A stretch of 64,000 bases of DNA from assembly GCA_047150005.1 (NCBI GenBank), contig AP038806.1, forward strand, positions 3,744,001 through 3,808,000, written 5' to 3'. Shown in pieces: positions 10,721 to 21,199 of this stretch (the stretch's first letter is position 1; every line of letters starts with the position of its first letter). The translations under genes and the position numbers were made by a program. This stretch comes from Nitrospira sp. GTDB taxonomy: Bacteria > Nitrospirota > Nitrospiria > Nitrospirales > Nitrospiraceae. The notes below the pieces were generated by a model. That model made no database searches. It saw nothing but the letters and a program-made list of their open reading frames with translations, and had not been told where the DNA came from.

Positions 10721-10833
10721 CCGCATGATTCATGAAGCTTCGTGACGAAACTGCGGAGACGCCATGCGGGCCTGATCTGCACGTTTCCGGCATCGACGAC
10801 GCGTGGTCGTTCACACCTCGCAGGAGACCTGAC

Positions 10834-11562
10834 ATGCTGTCTCTCCCTCGCATCCTGCTCATCGGAATGATCGTGGTCCTCTGCGGCTGCCCCGCGACGA
10901 AACAGGCGCGTACTGTGGACAAGCTGGGATTCTTGAAGGACCTCTATCCCATCATGACGAAGGGCAATGAGGACGCGGGGGAATCGCTGCTGATCTACAA
11001 GAATCCCAGGGTCCCCTCGATCCCGCCCAACTCCTACACGAAAATCCTGCTGGATCCGGTCCTGATCTTTCGCGGCCCGCAATCGAAGATGGCGGGCATC
11101 TCTCAGACCGAGACACAAATGCTCGCCGACACGTTCTACGCGCTGATCTATCAGGAGGTCTCCAAAGATTTCGAGATGGTCGAGAAGCCCGGGGCGAGCA
11201 CGTTGCGCGTGCAGGTCGCGGTCACCCACCTCGAGGAGTCTTGGCCGATGCTCGACGTGATTTCGAACGTGCCGGCTCCGATGAATGCGCTGGCGGCAGG
11301 ATCGGTCCTGAAGACCATCGCGACCGGCAAGCCGGCCTTCACCGGCGAAGCCGTGATCGAAGCCAAAGTCACGGACGCTCAAACAGGCGAGGTGCTGCGG
11401 GCTTTGGTCGATCGGCGGGTCGGAACGAAGAAGCTCGAAGCCCAATCCTTCAATTCGTGGGCCGACGTCTATGAGTCGCTGCGCTATTGGGCGGAAAACG
11501 GCCGTTACCACCTGTGCAAGGCCCGTCAGATTCGCACCGACTGTCCCACACCCCGGGCTTGA
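10834..11562 (+). CDS. DUF3313-like lipoprotein
   Basis: AGGAG RBS; lipobox LCGC; GFLKD..YTKILLDPV..EAKVTDAQTGEVL..VDRR. Confidence 0.75.
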   Translation: MLSLPRILLIGMIVVLCGCPATKQARTVDKLGFLKDLYPIMTKGNEDAGESLLIYKNPRVPSIPPNSYTKILLDPVLIFRGPQSKMAGISQTETQMLADTFYALIYQEVSKDFEMVEKPGASTLRVQVAVTHLEESWPMLDVISNVPAPMNALAAGSVLKTIATGKPAFTGEAVIEAKVTDAQTGEVLRALVDRRVGTKKLEAQSFNSWADVYESLRYWAENGRYHLCKARQIRTDCPTPRA

Positions 11563-11873
11563 GCCTCTCACACACATCGAATCGCGGAATCGCGCGGACC
11601 GATTCTGCTTCAAACCTGTATCGCAGCGTTGATCGTGCGAGCGCCTCCCAGTCTACCGTCGTTGCGCCGACCGGCCGTCCTCTTGTGCGTGTTTTCTGAC
11701 TGACACCTGGATCAGCCAAGCGAGGCACTGCCTGCGTCCTGTGCGTTAACGCGCGTGCGCAGTGAGCGAGTTCGCGCAGATTTCCACCCTCGCCCATCCA
11801 GAGCAGAATCCTGTTCGAGTGCTATAGTTTCAAACATCAACGGCGCCGCAACGACACACGAAGAGGAGTACGC

Positions 11874-12269
11874 ATGCGACACATCACATGGTTGAGCATC
11901 GCGATGCTGACGATGACCGTGCTCGCAACGCCGTCACCGGCCGGCGTTGCTTTGAGACTCCATTCGCTGCTCACTCACCCTGAGTCGTATCAAGCGAACG
12001 TGATCCAAATCACGGGAATCGTATCCAACCATCAGTTCAAACACGTCAAAAAATGGGCGGCCAATGTGGATAAATGCATTCAGACCTTCACCGTGACGGA
12101 CGGAGCCGATTCGATTCAAGCGGTGTACGGAGCGAACTGCGCCGGAGCGCTGGATTTGCTTCGAAACCGCGACCGCGTCACGCTGGAAGCTCGTTTCGAT
12201 TGGGCACCCGGGAAGGAGGGAACGCTCACTGTGCAATCGGTGCTGTCGAAGATCACACCGTACCCGTAA
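11874..12269 (+). CDS. Secreted OB-fold-like hypothetical protein
   Basis: AGGAG RBS, signal peptide, LLTHPESY...ITGIV...RVTLEARF pattern. Confidence 0.7.
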   Translation: MRHITWLSIAMLTMTVLATPSPAGVALRLHSLLTHPESYQANVIQITGIVSNHQFKHVKKWAANVDKCIQTFTVTDGADSIQAVYGANCAGALDLLRNRDRVTLEARFDWAPGKEGTLTVQSVLSKITPYP

Positions 12270-12606
12270 GATTCACCGACCGTCTGCTTCCTGCGCAACC
12301 GGACCCTCTCCCTCCGTCTCCTCCATATCGAGATTCTTTTAGACCTCTTCCAGCGCTCCACACCTCACATTGCAAATCGACATGCGGACCCACTCCCGAG
12401 GCTTCGGGCAGGATTGCATTTCTACCCTCAAGTAGATCAAGCTCTTACCGTCCGGTTGGCTCGTGTATTGGCTTGGCGAAATTTCCTGCGCAGGATCACA
12501 TGGCATATGGCGGCTAGGGGGCTTACTAGTTCAGCCTGCAGCCCCGACAGTGCAGTATTAGCGATTGCGCAACCGGCAAAGGCTGAGGGACGGGAGGCCC
12601 TCAACT

Positions 12607-12843
12607 ATGAATATTCGGCGCTCTGTGAGCCAATTTGTGTCGCAAGGCAATGACATATTTCATCAGCTTCGCTCCGAAGGCGAGGTTCTGTCGGACGTGG
12701 ATTTGGTGACACTTCGAGAGCAGCTGTACATTCTCGATACGGAGGCCGATCATTTGCAGAATCTCAAGCAACCCCGTTCGGAGACGTCCCGCTCAATCCC
12801 TTACGGTCGTGGGCACACTGCGAGAACCGGGCGTCACAACTGA
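12607..12843 (+). CDS. Hypothetical protein
   Basis: GGAGG RBS before ATG 12607; helical 78-aa ORF. Confidence 0.5.
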   Translation: MNIRRSVSQFVSQGNDIFHQLRSEGEVLSDVDLVTLREQLYILDTEADHLQNLKQPRSETSRSIPYGRGHTARTGRHN

Positions 12844-12913
12844 TCGTCATGGTCGAGGATCGCGCACGTCGGTCTGCCTAGCTGTATCCGCAAGCCGCAC
12901 TGTTATCGTGAGA

Positions 12914-13351
12914 ATGATGATGCTGTGGATCGTCTTCCTGCTGCTAGCCGTACTACCGGGGTGTGGCCATCATGATTTGGACGCGCTCCGTGCCAGTGCG
13001 CCCGATCTCATGCAAGAGGTCATTGGTCCCTATGACGGCCTCTCGAAATGCACCAAAGAACGGTTCGACCAACACAAATCAGCCAGTCTCACCCTGTCGG
13101 AAAATCCGGACAGGGGTGTCAATCGACTCGCGATGCTCAGAACCCGTCAGGGCTTTCTCACCAAACGGGGCCAAGACGCCCTCTTCGAGTTCACCTTCGT
13201 TCGACAATCCGCAAGGTCCACGTTGGTCGAATTCCGCACTGTCGGTTCGACCGACCAGTCCGATCCGGCCTGGCAAGCCATTGCCGAGTGCTCCAGCTAC
13301 ATGAGGATTGAACCGCCAGCTTCCCCGTCGCCTGCCCTTGGGACATCGTGA
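12914..13351 (+). CDS. Hypothetical lipoprotein
   Basis: Hydrophobic leader ending LPGC. Confidence 0.6.
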   Translation: MMMLWIVFLLLAVLPGCGHHDLDALRASAPDLMQEVIGPYDGLSKCTKERFDQHKSASLTLSENPDRGVNRLAMLRTRQGFLTKRGQDALFEFTFVRQSARSTLVEFRTVGSTDQSDPAWQAIAECSSYMRIEPPASPSPALGTS

Positions 13352-13426
13352 GCGGTCTGACGGAACTTTTCGCAGGCGGCACGTGCACGCATCGTTCAGG
13401 CGTGCACGTGTGCAACATTCAACTCC

Positions 13427-14602
13427 TTAATGCATCATCGCCCGCATGGTCGGTTTCTGAAAATGATTCGGCAGCGGCATGATGCAATTGGGATTGAACC
13501 CCGCTGACTTCAAGGTATCGATACTGCCCACCACCTGGTCGTTCTTCAGATCGATCACCGTGATCGACCCGTCGCTCATCCCTTCCAGATTCAGGAAACT
13601 GTTCTGGACGAACAGATAGCGCTCATCCGGAGACAGCACCGTATGATGGGCGCCGCCCGCGGTCGCGATCGGCTTGAGAAACTTCGGCCGGCGCGGATCG
13701 CTGTTGTCGTAGAGATTGACGAATCCCGGCTTGGCCGTGGTCACGTACAGACGGTCCCCCTTTTTGTTGTACATCATCTCCAACGGCATCCCTTGCTCAC
13801 GCGGACCGAAGTCGTCGATCTGATTGAACGAGAAGGTTTTGGTCTTCGGATCCCAGACGCCCGCCCAGAGCGTCCCTTCCAGCATGTTGGTGATATGCAC
13901 GACCGGTGGATTCGCGCTCGGCGCGAACATGATCTCCACGGGGGCGGTCTTCGCCGGAGCCGGTTTCGAGGTGACCCGGTGAGTGGACAAGACGTTGCCG
14001 GTGCTGGCCTCGATGACCGTCACCGTGTCGCCCGCCTCCGACAGATCCGGTTTGACGGTGCTGGTGATCAGAATGCGATCGATGCCGTTGTGAATGGCGA
14101 TCCCGTGGGGATAAAGGATATACGCATCCGCCGGCTGGGCCGCGCTGATCGTCTTGATCGGCTGGTCTTTCACGGCATCCCCCATGATCACGTTACTCGA
14201 GCCCATGCAGGTGAGAAACCACTTCTTGTTGTCTTCCGACACCACAAGGTCTTCCCCCATCTGGCAGTCGGGCACGGCGATCGCCCGCAGCTGGTAGGGA
14301 AACTTGGTGAGGTCGACGACGTGCAGGATGCTCTTCCCCAAGGCCGTGATATAGGCTTTGCTCTTATCGCGGTTGAAGAAAATGTGATGGGCCACGAGAT
14401 CGGACGGAAGCGGAATCTCCATGAGGATCTTCCCGAAGTCCAACGATTCGGGATCGATGTCCATGATCGCAATGCCTTCCCGCCGCACAGGCTGGTCCGG
14501 CTTGCTCTCGTAGTTCAAGAGGGCATACTGCTCGGCCGAGGCGAGGGACGCGCCGGTGAGAACCAGCCCAAGAGCCGCCGACAAGAATCTTGATCGTACC
14601 AT
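13427..14602 (-). CDS. Secreted YncE-like beta-propeller protein (paralog B)
   Basis: Signal peptide; long identical blocks with 7691-8860, e.g. DFGKILMEIPLPSDLVAHHIFFNRD. Confidence 0.8.
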   Translation of the reverse strand: MVRSRFLSAALGLVLTGASLASAEQYALLNYESKPDQPVRREGIAIMDIDPESLDFGKILMEIPLPSDLVAHHIFFNRDKSKAYITALGKSILHVVDLTKFPYQLRAIAVPDCQMGEDLVVSEDNKKWFLTCMGSSNVIMGDAVKDQPIKTISAAQPADAYILYPHGIAIHNGIDRILITSTVKPDLSEAGDTVTVIEASTGNVLSTHRVTSKPAPAKTAPVEIMFAPSANPPVVHITNMLEGTLWAGVWDPKTKTFSFNQIDDFGPREQGMPLEMMYNKKGDRLYVTTAKPGFVNLYDNSDPRRPKFLKPIATAGGAHHTVLSPDERYLFVQNSFLNLEGMSDGSITVIDLKNDQVVGSIDTLKSAGFNPNCIMPLPNHFQKPTMRAMMH

Positions 14603-15065
14603 GACAACCCTCCTTCTGATGGCGGATCGAGCGTCAACTCGCTCCGCATGGGTGATGTACCACCGCTGCGATACCATGCCGCGGACTATAGAGATTCACA
14701 TCGCGGGAGTCTTATCCGAGCGTCTGGATCTCTTGACACGGTTGTCAGCCGGCAGCAGTCGATTTGCCTGGGAGTCCGGGGGACTTAGCAGCGGGGCTAT
14801 GGGAAGAGGAGCGAGAAGTACGCGGATCCTCGCCCCTTCGGTCATGAGCGTGAAGCGCACTGGCATCCCTCTGTGGAGAGACGAGCATAGGCCGCTCGGC
14901 CTTCGAAGTACTTCCGAGTCGAACTCAGCACTCAGGACCCAGTATTGAGCACTCAGGACTGTTGTTTCCGCCAGCCCCATCTTTGGAATGATTGCATTTG
15001 TACCGTGAACTGGATCAGGCTCTCACCCGCCGGTCTATTCGCGAGTTCGCTTGGAGAAATTTCCT

Positions 15066-16046
15066 ATGCCGCGCAACGATCAACTCATCCGCCAATGGCA
15101 ACTGCTCAGGCTGCTGGAATCACCGCGCGGCGTCACCCTCGACGACATCGCGCAACGATTGCCTCCGGACTATCCGAGGCACATCCGGACGATCAGACGT
15201 GATCTGGAAGCGCTGGAGGCAGGAGGCTTCCCTCTGGTCAATGAACGGGTGGAGGGCCGTGTCCGCTGGCGACTGATGGACGGCGTGCGCCAGGCACCGG
15301 CCCTGTCCTTTTCGCCGACGGAGCTCATGGCGCTGGTGATCAGCCGCTCGCTGCTGAGACCGCTAGCCGGAACCGAGATTCAGGCGGCGGTGGAGTCGGC
15401 CATGGCCAAGGCCTCCAGGCTGCTGCCGGCCGGATCGCTCGACTATGTCCAGCAGATCCAGAACGTCTTCGCCGTCGGTCTCGGCCCGCACAAGACCTAC
15501 AAGCACCATCGTGAGACCATCGACCGCCTCACGCAAGCCATCTCGAAGACGCGCACCGTGCAGATGCGCTATTACTCGGCCTCCAGGCTCCGCATGACAC
15601 GCCGCGAGATCGACCCCTACCGGCTCTGGTACGCATCAGGCGGGCTGTATCTCGTGGGCTATTGCCACCTGCGCAAGGAGCCCCGCATGTTCGCAGTCGA
15701 GCGGATACATGTCGTCACCTTGACGGACCATCCGTATCAGATGCCGCTCGGATTCGATCTCGAAGCCTTTGTTCAGAGTGCGCTGACCGTGATGCGGGGA
15801 CGGCCGATCGACGTCACGCTGCGATTCGACAAAGCGACGACCGCCTGGGCCAAAGACCGGCTGTGGCACCCGAGCCAACATCTCACGCCGATGAAAAGCG
15901 GCGGAATGACGATGACGCTCACCGTCGCCGACAGCCGGGAACTGGTCGGCTGGGTACTCAGCTTCGGCAGCGGCGTCCGGGTGATCCGACCCCAGTCGCT
16001 CGCCGAAGCGGTCTCCTCCGAGGCGAGGAAAATCCTCCAGTCCTGA
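15066..16046 (+). CDS. HTH-WYL-WCX transcriptional regulator (PafB/PafC/DriD-like)
   Basis: wHTH RTIRRDLEALE; WYL domain REIDPYRLWY..LYLVGYCHLRKEPRMFAVERI; WCX WVLSFGSGVRVIRP. Confidence 0.92.
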   Translation: MPRNDQLIRQWQLLRLLESPRGVTLDDIAQRLPPDYPRHIRTIRRDLEALEAGGFPLVNERVEGRVRWRLMDGVRQAPALSFSPTELMALVISRSLLRPLAGTEIQAAVESAMAKASRLLPAGSLDYVQQIQNVFAVGLGPHKTYKHHRETIDRLTQAISKTRTVQMRYYSASRLRMTRREIDPYRLWYASGGLYLVGYCHLRKEPRMFAVERIHVVTLTDHPYQMPLGFDLEAFVQSALTVMRGRPIDVTLRFDKATTAWAKDRLWHPSQHLTPMKSGGMTMTLTVADSRELVGWVLSFGSGVRVIRPQSLAEAVSSEARKILQS

Positions 16047-16123
16047 CTCAGGACTGAGGACTCAGCACTTCCCGCTGTGTTGCCCCCTAACTCAGCACCC
16101 AGCACTCAGGACTCAGCACTTCC
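16047..16123 (+). repeat. CAGCACT/CAGGACT heptamer spacer with conserved TTCCCnCTGTGTTGCCCCCTAAC core
   Basis: Same block recurs at about 29530-29595 and 30550-30613. Confidence 0.85.
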
Positions 16124-16127
16124 TGGA

Positions 16128-16160
16128 GTGACCTTCCCTGTCACAGTCCTCCTCTATGCT
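16128..16160 (+). promoter_or_regulatory. Candidate WYL-activated promoter 1: GTGAC-N7-GTCAC-N10-TATGCT
   Basis: Palindrome 16128-16144, -10-like hexamer 16155-16160; same geometry at three other sites. Confidence 0.7.
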
Positions 16161-16196
16161 GGCACCGGTGGGCGACGAGCAAAAGGGGAGGGCAAC

Positions 16197-16628
16197 ATGA
16201 GAAAGATGATCTGTCTGTTCGCAGCGATCTTCATGACCGCGGCCATGGCGAGCGCTGAAGATCTTGGGTTGTTCAGTGCCAACCCCTACGACATTGAGTC
16301 CAGCAGCAACGCATTCGGCAAAGGCAGTCCCTTTTCTCAGAACAGCATCAATAATCCGTTCGGGCCCTACGGCAGCCCGTTCAGCAACTGGTCGGCAACA
16401 AATCCCTTCGCCACCGACGCGCCCAGGCTCTATGACCAGGAAGGGAACTACCGCGGGAAGCTGAGCGCGAATCCCTATGAGGCCGATTCGACCAGCAACC
16501 CGTTCGGTCGCTACGGATCGCCGCTTTCACCGGATTCAATCAATAATCAGCTCGGCGCCGGCAGCCCGTATCGCTACGACTCGCCGAACAATCCGTACGG
16601 AAAAGGGTCGCGACTAGAAGGAAAGTAG
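16197..16628 (+). CDS. Secreted Asn/Pro/Gly-rich repeat protein
   Basis: Signal peptide ending ASA; two copies of SANPY..S.SN.FG..GSP.S..SINN. Confidence 0.8.
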   Translation: MRKMICLFAAIFMTAAMASAEDLGLFSANPYDIESSSNAFGKGSPFSQNSINNPFGPYGSPFSNWSATNPFATDAPRLYDQEGNYRGKLSANPYEADSTSNPFGRYGSPLSPDSINNQLGAGSPYRYDSPNNPYGKGSRLEGK

Positions 16629-16888
16629 CGTGTCCCCCTGGTCCTGTACTGGACACTTTACTAGTGGGCCGTCCCTACGATTCGCATGCTAAGCAGGGCA
16701 CAAAAGCGCCACAAAACTTCCCCGTTGTTCGTCGCTTCCCGGTCCAGCTTTGTCAGCGGACGCCGACACCGTCTGTAGATTTCCGCGGAATGTCTCAGCT
16801 TCCGATTGACTTGCCTCTCCGGGAGTCCGGACTGGTCTGCCCTTTGCTTGAGTAACATGGCATCACGCACTCAGGAGGCTGGGTCGCA

Positions 16889-18154
16889 ATGGACAATGAC
16901 AGCAGAGGCTGGCGGCTGATCCACACTCGGAATTTTGGATTGCTCTGGTGGGGGCAAGTCACATCTCAAATCGGCGAAGGCCTCAACAAAGTGGCGTTGC
17001 TGTGGTTCGTCTATGAGCTCACCGGCTCGGCGATGATGATTGCGACGGTCGGCCTGATCCAGACGGTGCCTCCACTGCTCTTTGGTCCACTCATCGGTGT
17101 CTACCTCGATCGTCTGCGCAAGAAACCCGTCATGGTCTCGGTGGATCTCATTCGCACCGGGTTAACCTTTTTGATCCCGGCTCTCTACGCGCTCGGTCAT
17201 CTGAGCCTTGAAGGACTCTTTGTCTTGATCTTTCTCCAGTCGATGGTCTCCACCGTATTTGGACCTGCGCTTGTTTCGGCTGTGCCGTTGCTGGTCCGGC
17301 GAACCGAACTCGTCTCTGCTAACGCCCTCATTCAAGGCACCAATAATATCGGCAGCCTGTTGGGACCGGCCGCCAGCGGCATTCTCATTGCCCTGATCGG
17401 CGCGCAACACGTCCTCTACGTGAATGCGGCCACGTTTTTGATCTCGGCGCTCTGCCTGACGCCGATCAGGAGCCACGAGACCATCGCTGCGAATTCCAGA
17501 GGAGCGGCGCAGCCGGGATCGTTGCTGAGTGAGCTGTCCGTCGGCTTCCGCTTCGTCTTCGGCAGTCGCTCGACTGTGTTTTTGCTGGTCGTCATCACAG
17601 CCCTCTTCAATCTGGGCGCGAGCGCCTTTGTTTTCGTCCTGCCGGTGTACGCCAAGGAACTGCTGCAGGTGGGACCGGTGCAGCTCGGGTGGCTCTGGTC
17701 GGCGCTCGGCGCCGGCATGCTGGCCGCGTCGTCCTGGCTGGCGTTCAGCCGGAAGAACGATGTGCGCAGCCGCATGCAGATCCTCGTGAGCGGGACGACG
17801 GTGGGCGGGCTCGCCACATGCACACTGAGCGTCTTGGAGTCTCCGCTGCTCGCGGCCGGCTTTGTGATTCTCGTCGGGGCGGGCGCAGCCGTCCTGAACC
17901 CGGTCGTGTGGGCGCTGCTCCAGGAGGCGACGCCCTCGCACCTGATGGGTCGCGTGTTGACCACCTTCAGCACGGGGTCGATGGCGGCCGCGATGGTGGG
18001 TATGTCGGGATTCGGCTGGATCGCCGATGCGATCGGACCAGCGCAGAGTCTGGTCGGTCTGGGTCTCGTGCTCTTGTTGACAGCCTACGTGGCCGCACAT
18101 GTCTCTCCCCGCACCCAAGCCACAAATCTGCAGCCGGTGGCCAGGATGCCCTAG
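16889..18154 (+). CDS. MFS transporter (DHA3/macrolide-efflux-like)
   Basis: About 12 TM segments; RNFGLLWWGQ, GVYLDRLRKK motif A; GGAGG RBS. Confidence 0.9.
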   Translation: MDNDSRGWRLIHTRNFGLLWWGQVTSQIGEGLNKVALLWFVYELTGSAMMIATVGLIQTVPPLLFGPLIGVYLDRLRKKPVMVSVDLIRTGLTFLIPALYALGHLSLEGLFVLIFLQSMVSTVFGPALVSAVPLLVRRTELVSANALIQGTNNIGSLLGPAASGILIALIGAQHVLYVNAATFLISALCLTPIRSHETIAANSRGAAQPGSLLSELSVGFRFVFGSRSTVFLLVVITALFNLGASAFVFVLPVYAKELLQVGPVQLGWLWSALGAGMLAASSWLAFSRKNDVRSRMQILVSGTTVGGLATCTLSVLESPLLAAGFVILVGAGAAVLNPVVWALLQEATPSHLMGRVLTTFSTGSMAAAMVGMSGFGWIADAIGPAQSLVGLGLVLLLTAYVAAHVSPRTQATNLQPVARMP

Positions 18155-18262
18155 CAGGAACGCGACCTTCCCACCTCGGCACCTCCGTTTATATCAATCT
18201 CCATCCAGTCTCCCCATGCAACGCATCTGTCTTTCACCGACTAAAACCGCTATGGTCACTCT

Positions 18263-19543
18263 ATGTTCGTACACAGGCGCTGGCTATTGACCCGTGACTT
18301 CGCCCTCATCTGGTGGAGTCAGGTGTTGTCGCAGGTGGCCGATGGGGTCAGCCGGCTCGCCCTTCTCTGGTTCGTGTATTCCGTGACAGGATCCGCCCTC
18401 AAAACCAGCGTCATCGGTCTCCTCCAAACGCTCTCGCCCATCCTCTTAGGGCCGCTCATTGGGGTGACGGTCGACCGCCTCCCCAAGAAGGCCATTCTGA
18501 TCGTGACCGACATGGCCCGCGGCATCCTGATCGGGTTGGTTCCCTGTGTGCTCTCGATCGATGTCTTTACGGTCGACATGCTGTACGTCCTGGTGTTCCT
18601 CTATGGCATCGCGACGGCGATGTTCGTGCCGACGCTCTCGTCTTCCGTTCCCTTTCTGGTCGATAGGTCTCGGTATGTCGCCGCCAATGCCATGCTCCAG
18701 AGCACCACCAGCATCGGCATCATCATCGGACCGGCGCTTAGTGGGCTGGGCATTGCGTTTGCCGGCTCGCAGGAAGTGCTGTGCGCGAACGCGGCGATCT
18801 ATTTTGCCTCGGCGCTCTGTCTCGTGCCGATCACACTGACTTGGACCAAGCCATCGCATCCGGAAGTCGAGGCGGCCGCGGCGACGTTCCAAGACCTGAT
18901 CGAAGGGATCCGGTATTCCTTGTGTTCTCAGCGGACGATTCTCGTGCTGATTCTCCTGGCGTCCATCTACACGTTCGCCGCCGGCGCCTATACGACCCTG
19001 TTTCCGGTCTTTGGCAAGAAGATGCTCGCCCTGGGCCCGGTCGAGGTCGGCTATCTCTGGTCCTGGCTCGGAATCGGGCTGTTTCTCGTCTCGCTGGCGC
19101 TCGTGCCGTTGTCTCAATGGGAGACATACAAGCGAGTCCAAGTCATCGCGGTTTCCTGTGTGCTCGGCGGAGTCGCCCTCTGCGGGCTCGTCTGGACACA
19201 GAGCTTGATGATGGCGACCGTCCTCGTCACCATCATCGGCATGGGATTCGGCACCTGGACCCCGATTGCTTGGGGCATAATCCAAGAATTTGTTCCGGCC
19301 GACATGGTCGGCCGCGTCATGGCGATCTATACGGCGATCGCGACGGCGACGTCGCTGGCCGGCATCTCATTTTTCGGATGGCTGACGGAGCAGGTCAATG
19401 AGCCCACGAGCGTGATCGGGATCGGATTGGTACTGTGTTTGTTAGGTGTCGCAGCCGCGTGGTTCAGCCGCCGGATCGAGGATGGGGGTGGCGCCCCTGA
19501 GCCTGAGACCCTCCGGCGTGACTTCTACACCCAAGCAGGGTAA
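18263..19543 (+). CDS. MFS transporter (paralog of upstream gene)
   Basis: About 12 TM segments; RDFALIWWSQ, GVTVDRLPKK. Confidence 0.9.
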   Translation: MFVHRRWLLTRDFALIWWSQVLSQVADGVSRLALLWFVYSVTGSALKTSVIGLLQTLSPILLGPLIGVTVDRLPKKAILIVTDMARGILIGLVPCVLSIDVFTVDMLYVLVFLYGIATAMFVPTLSSSVPFLVDRSRYVAANAMLQSTTSIGIIIGPALSGLGIAFAGSQEVLCANAAIYFASALCLVPITLTWTKPSHPEVEAAAATFQDLIEGIRYSLCSQRTILVLILLASIYTFAAGAYTTLFPVFGKKMLALGPVEVGYLWSWLGIGLFLVSLALVPLSQWETYKRVQVIAVSCVLGGVALCGLVWTQSLMMATVLVTIIGMGFGTWTPIAWGIIQEFVPADMVGRVMAIYTAIATATSLAGISFFGWLTEQVNEPTSVIGIGLVLCLLGVAAAWFSRRIEDGGGAPEPETLRRDFYTQAG

Positions 19544-19683
19544 GCTTCGAGTTGCAGTTATCGGAAGGTCACAGCTGAAGAAGCCCCATGCTCTTGAGTT
19601 CGCCGGGCAAGGCGTCAGCCAGGGCGAGATTCTCCACCGGACAGGGCAGAGTCAGATCGAGCAGGCGGCATCCGCGCACGACG

Positions 19684-21096
19684 TTATCGCTTTGGCTGGT
19701 AGAAGTGTGTAGCCTGTCCGTGGAACGATTCGGCCGCCTCCATGACCGTCTCGCTCAGGGTCGGGTGCGGATGGATCGAGGCGGCGATATCTTCGGCCAC
19801 TGCGCCCATTTCGACCGCCAGCACGCCTTCGGCGATCAGCTCGCCCGCGCCCACCCCGCAGAGTCCCATCCCGAGAACGCGGCCGGATTCGGTATCGAGC
19901 ACCAGCTTCGTGAGGCCGTCGTTTCGTCCCAAGGTCGTGGCACGGCCGGACGCCGCCCAGGGGAACTTCGTGATCGTCACCGCCTGTCCGGAAGCCTTGG
20001 CCGTCTCTTCCGTGAGCCCGCACCAGGCGATCTCCGGATCGCTGAAGATGACGGCGGGAATCGTCGCATCAAATGAGGCCTGCTGACCGGCGATCACGCG
20101 GGCGGCGACCAGTCCTTCATGTGACGCTTTATGCGCGAGCATCGGCTCGCCGATGACATCGCCGATCGCGAAAATCGTCGGCTCGGCGGTTCGCAGCTGC
20201 CGATCGACCTGAATGAACCCCTGCGGAGATACGGCAACCTTCGTTTGCTCGAGTCCGAGCTGCTCCGTATTGGGACGTCGTCCGACGGCGACGAGGATTC
20301 GATCAAAGACCTCGGTGCTACTACCCTCCGGACCGGTGCAGGTCGCGGCGATACCGTCTTTGCGTGGATCGAATCTCTCGACTTTCGTATCGAGCCTGAT
20401 CGCTTTAAATCGCCGCTGCATGCGCAGATGCAGGGGCCGGACCAGATCAAGGTCGGCGCCGTTGAGGAGCCGCGGCAGCGCTTCCACGAGCGTGACCTCG
20501 GTGCCTAACGCTTGATACACGGTTCCCAACTCCAGGCCGATGTAGCCTCCGCCGACGACCAGCAGGCGCCCGGGAATGTCCGGCAGGTCCAGCGCTCCCG
20601 TCGAATCCATCACGCGCGGGTCGTCGAGCGTGAGAGAAGCTGGAATCGCCGGGCGCGAACCGGTCGCAAGAATCGCATGCGCAAACGACAGTTCCCGCCG
20701 TTGGTCGGAGCCGGTCAAGATCAAGGTCGTCGCGTTCTTGAACGTCGCCCTGGCCTGAATCACGTCCACCTTGCGGCTGGTCGCGAGGGTCTGCACACCT
20801 TTGGTCAGTTTGCTGATGATCGCCTGTTTCCGGCGGCGCAAGGCGTCGAGCTCGAGGCGAGGCTTCTCGAACTGAATCCCCCAGGCCTGCGCCTCTTCCG
20901 CGTCGGTGATCAGCCGGGCCACATGCAGCAAGGCTTTCGATGGAATGCAGCCGCGCAAGAGACAGACACCGCCAAGATGCGCCTCCTGATCGATCAGGGC
21001 CGTGCGCAATCCGAGATCCGCCGCCTGGAAGGCGGCCGCATAGCCGCCCGGCCCGGCACCGACGACCGCTACGTCATAGTGGTTTGTCTGGTTCAT
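19684..21096 (-). CDS. lpdA: Dihydrolipoyl dehydrogenase (E3)
   Basis: GAGPGG FAD motif, GGVCLLRGCIPSK redox disulfide, HPHPTLSE. Confidence 0.95.
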   Translation of the reverse strand: MNQTNHYDVAVVGAGPGGYAAAFQAADLGLRTALIDQEAHLGGVCLLRGCIPSKALLHVARLITDAEEAQAWGIQFEKPRLELDALRRRKQAIISKLTKGVQTLATSRKVDVIQARATFKNATTLILTGSDQRRELSFAHAILATGSRPAIPASLTLDDPRVMDSTGALDLPDIPGRLLVVGGGYIGLELGTVYQALGTEVTLVEALPRLLNGADLDLVRPLHLRMQRRFKAIRLDTKVERFDPRKDGIAATCTGPEGSSTEVFDRILVAVGRRPNTEQLGLEQTKVAVSPQGFIQVDRQLRTAEPTIFAIGDVIGEPMLAHKASHEGLVAARVIAGQQASFDATIPAVIFSDPEIAWCGLTEETAKASGQAVTITKFPWAASGRATTLGRNDGLTKLVLDTESGRVLGMGLCGVGAGELIAEGVLAVEMGAVAEDIAASIHPHPTLSETVMEAAESFHGQATHFYQPKR

Positions 21097-21115
21097 ATGG
21101 TCTCAGATCCAGGAG

Positions 21116-21190
21116 TAACGTATCTCGTCGTTCGTATCTCGTATCTCGCGGGACTCCAGCGTTTCACGCTTCACGAGATACGCGCCACGT
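21116..21190. repeat. Inverted GTATCTC / TTCACG heptamer repeat between aceF and lpdA
   Basis: cgtatctcgtatctcg ... ttcacgcttcacgagatacg can form a hairpin. Confidence 0.55.
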
Positions 21191-21199
21191 TCTCTCCCC

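Noticed and set aside
14733..14750. WYL autoregulatory site TGAC-N6-GTCA
   Set aside because: Spacer is 6 nt rather than 7 and there is no TAnnnT 10 nt downstream
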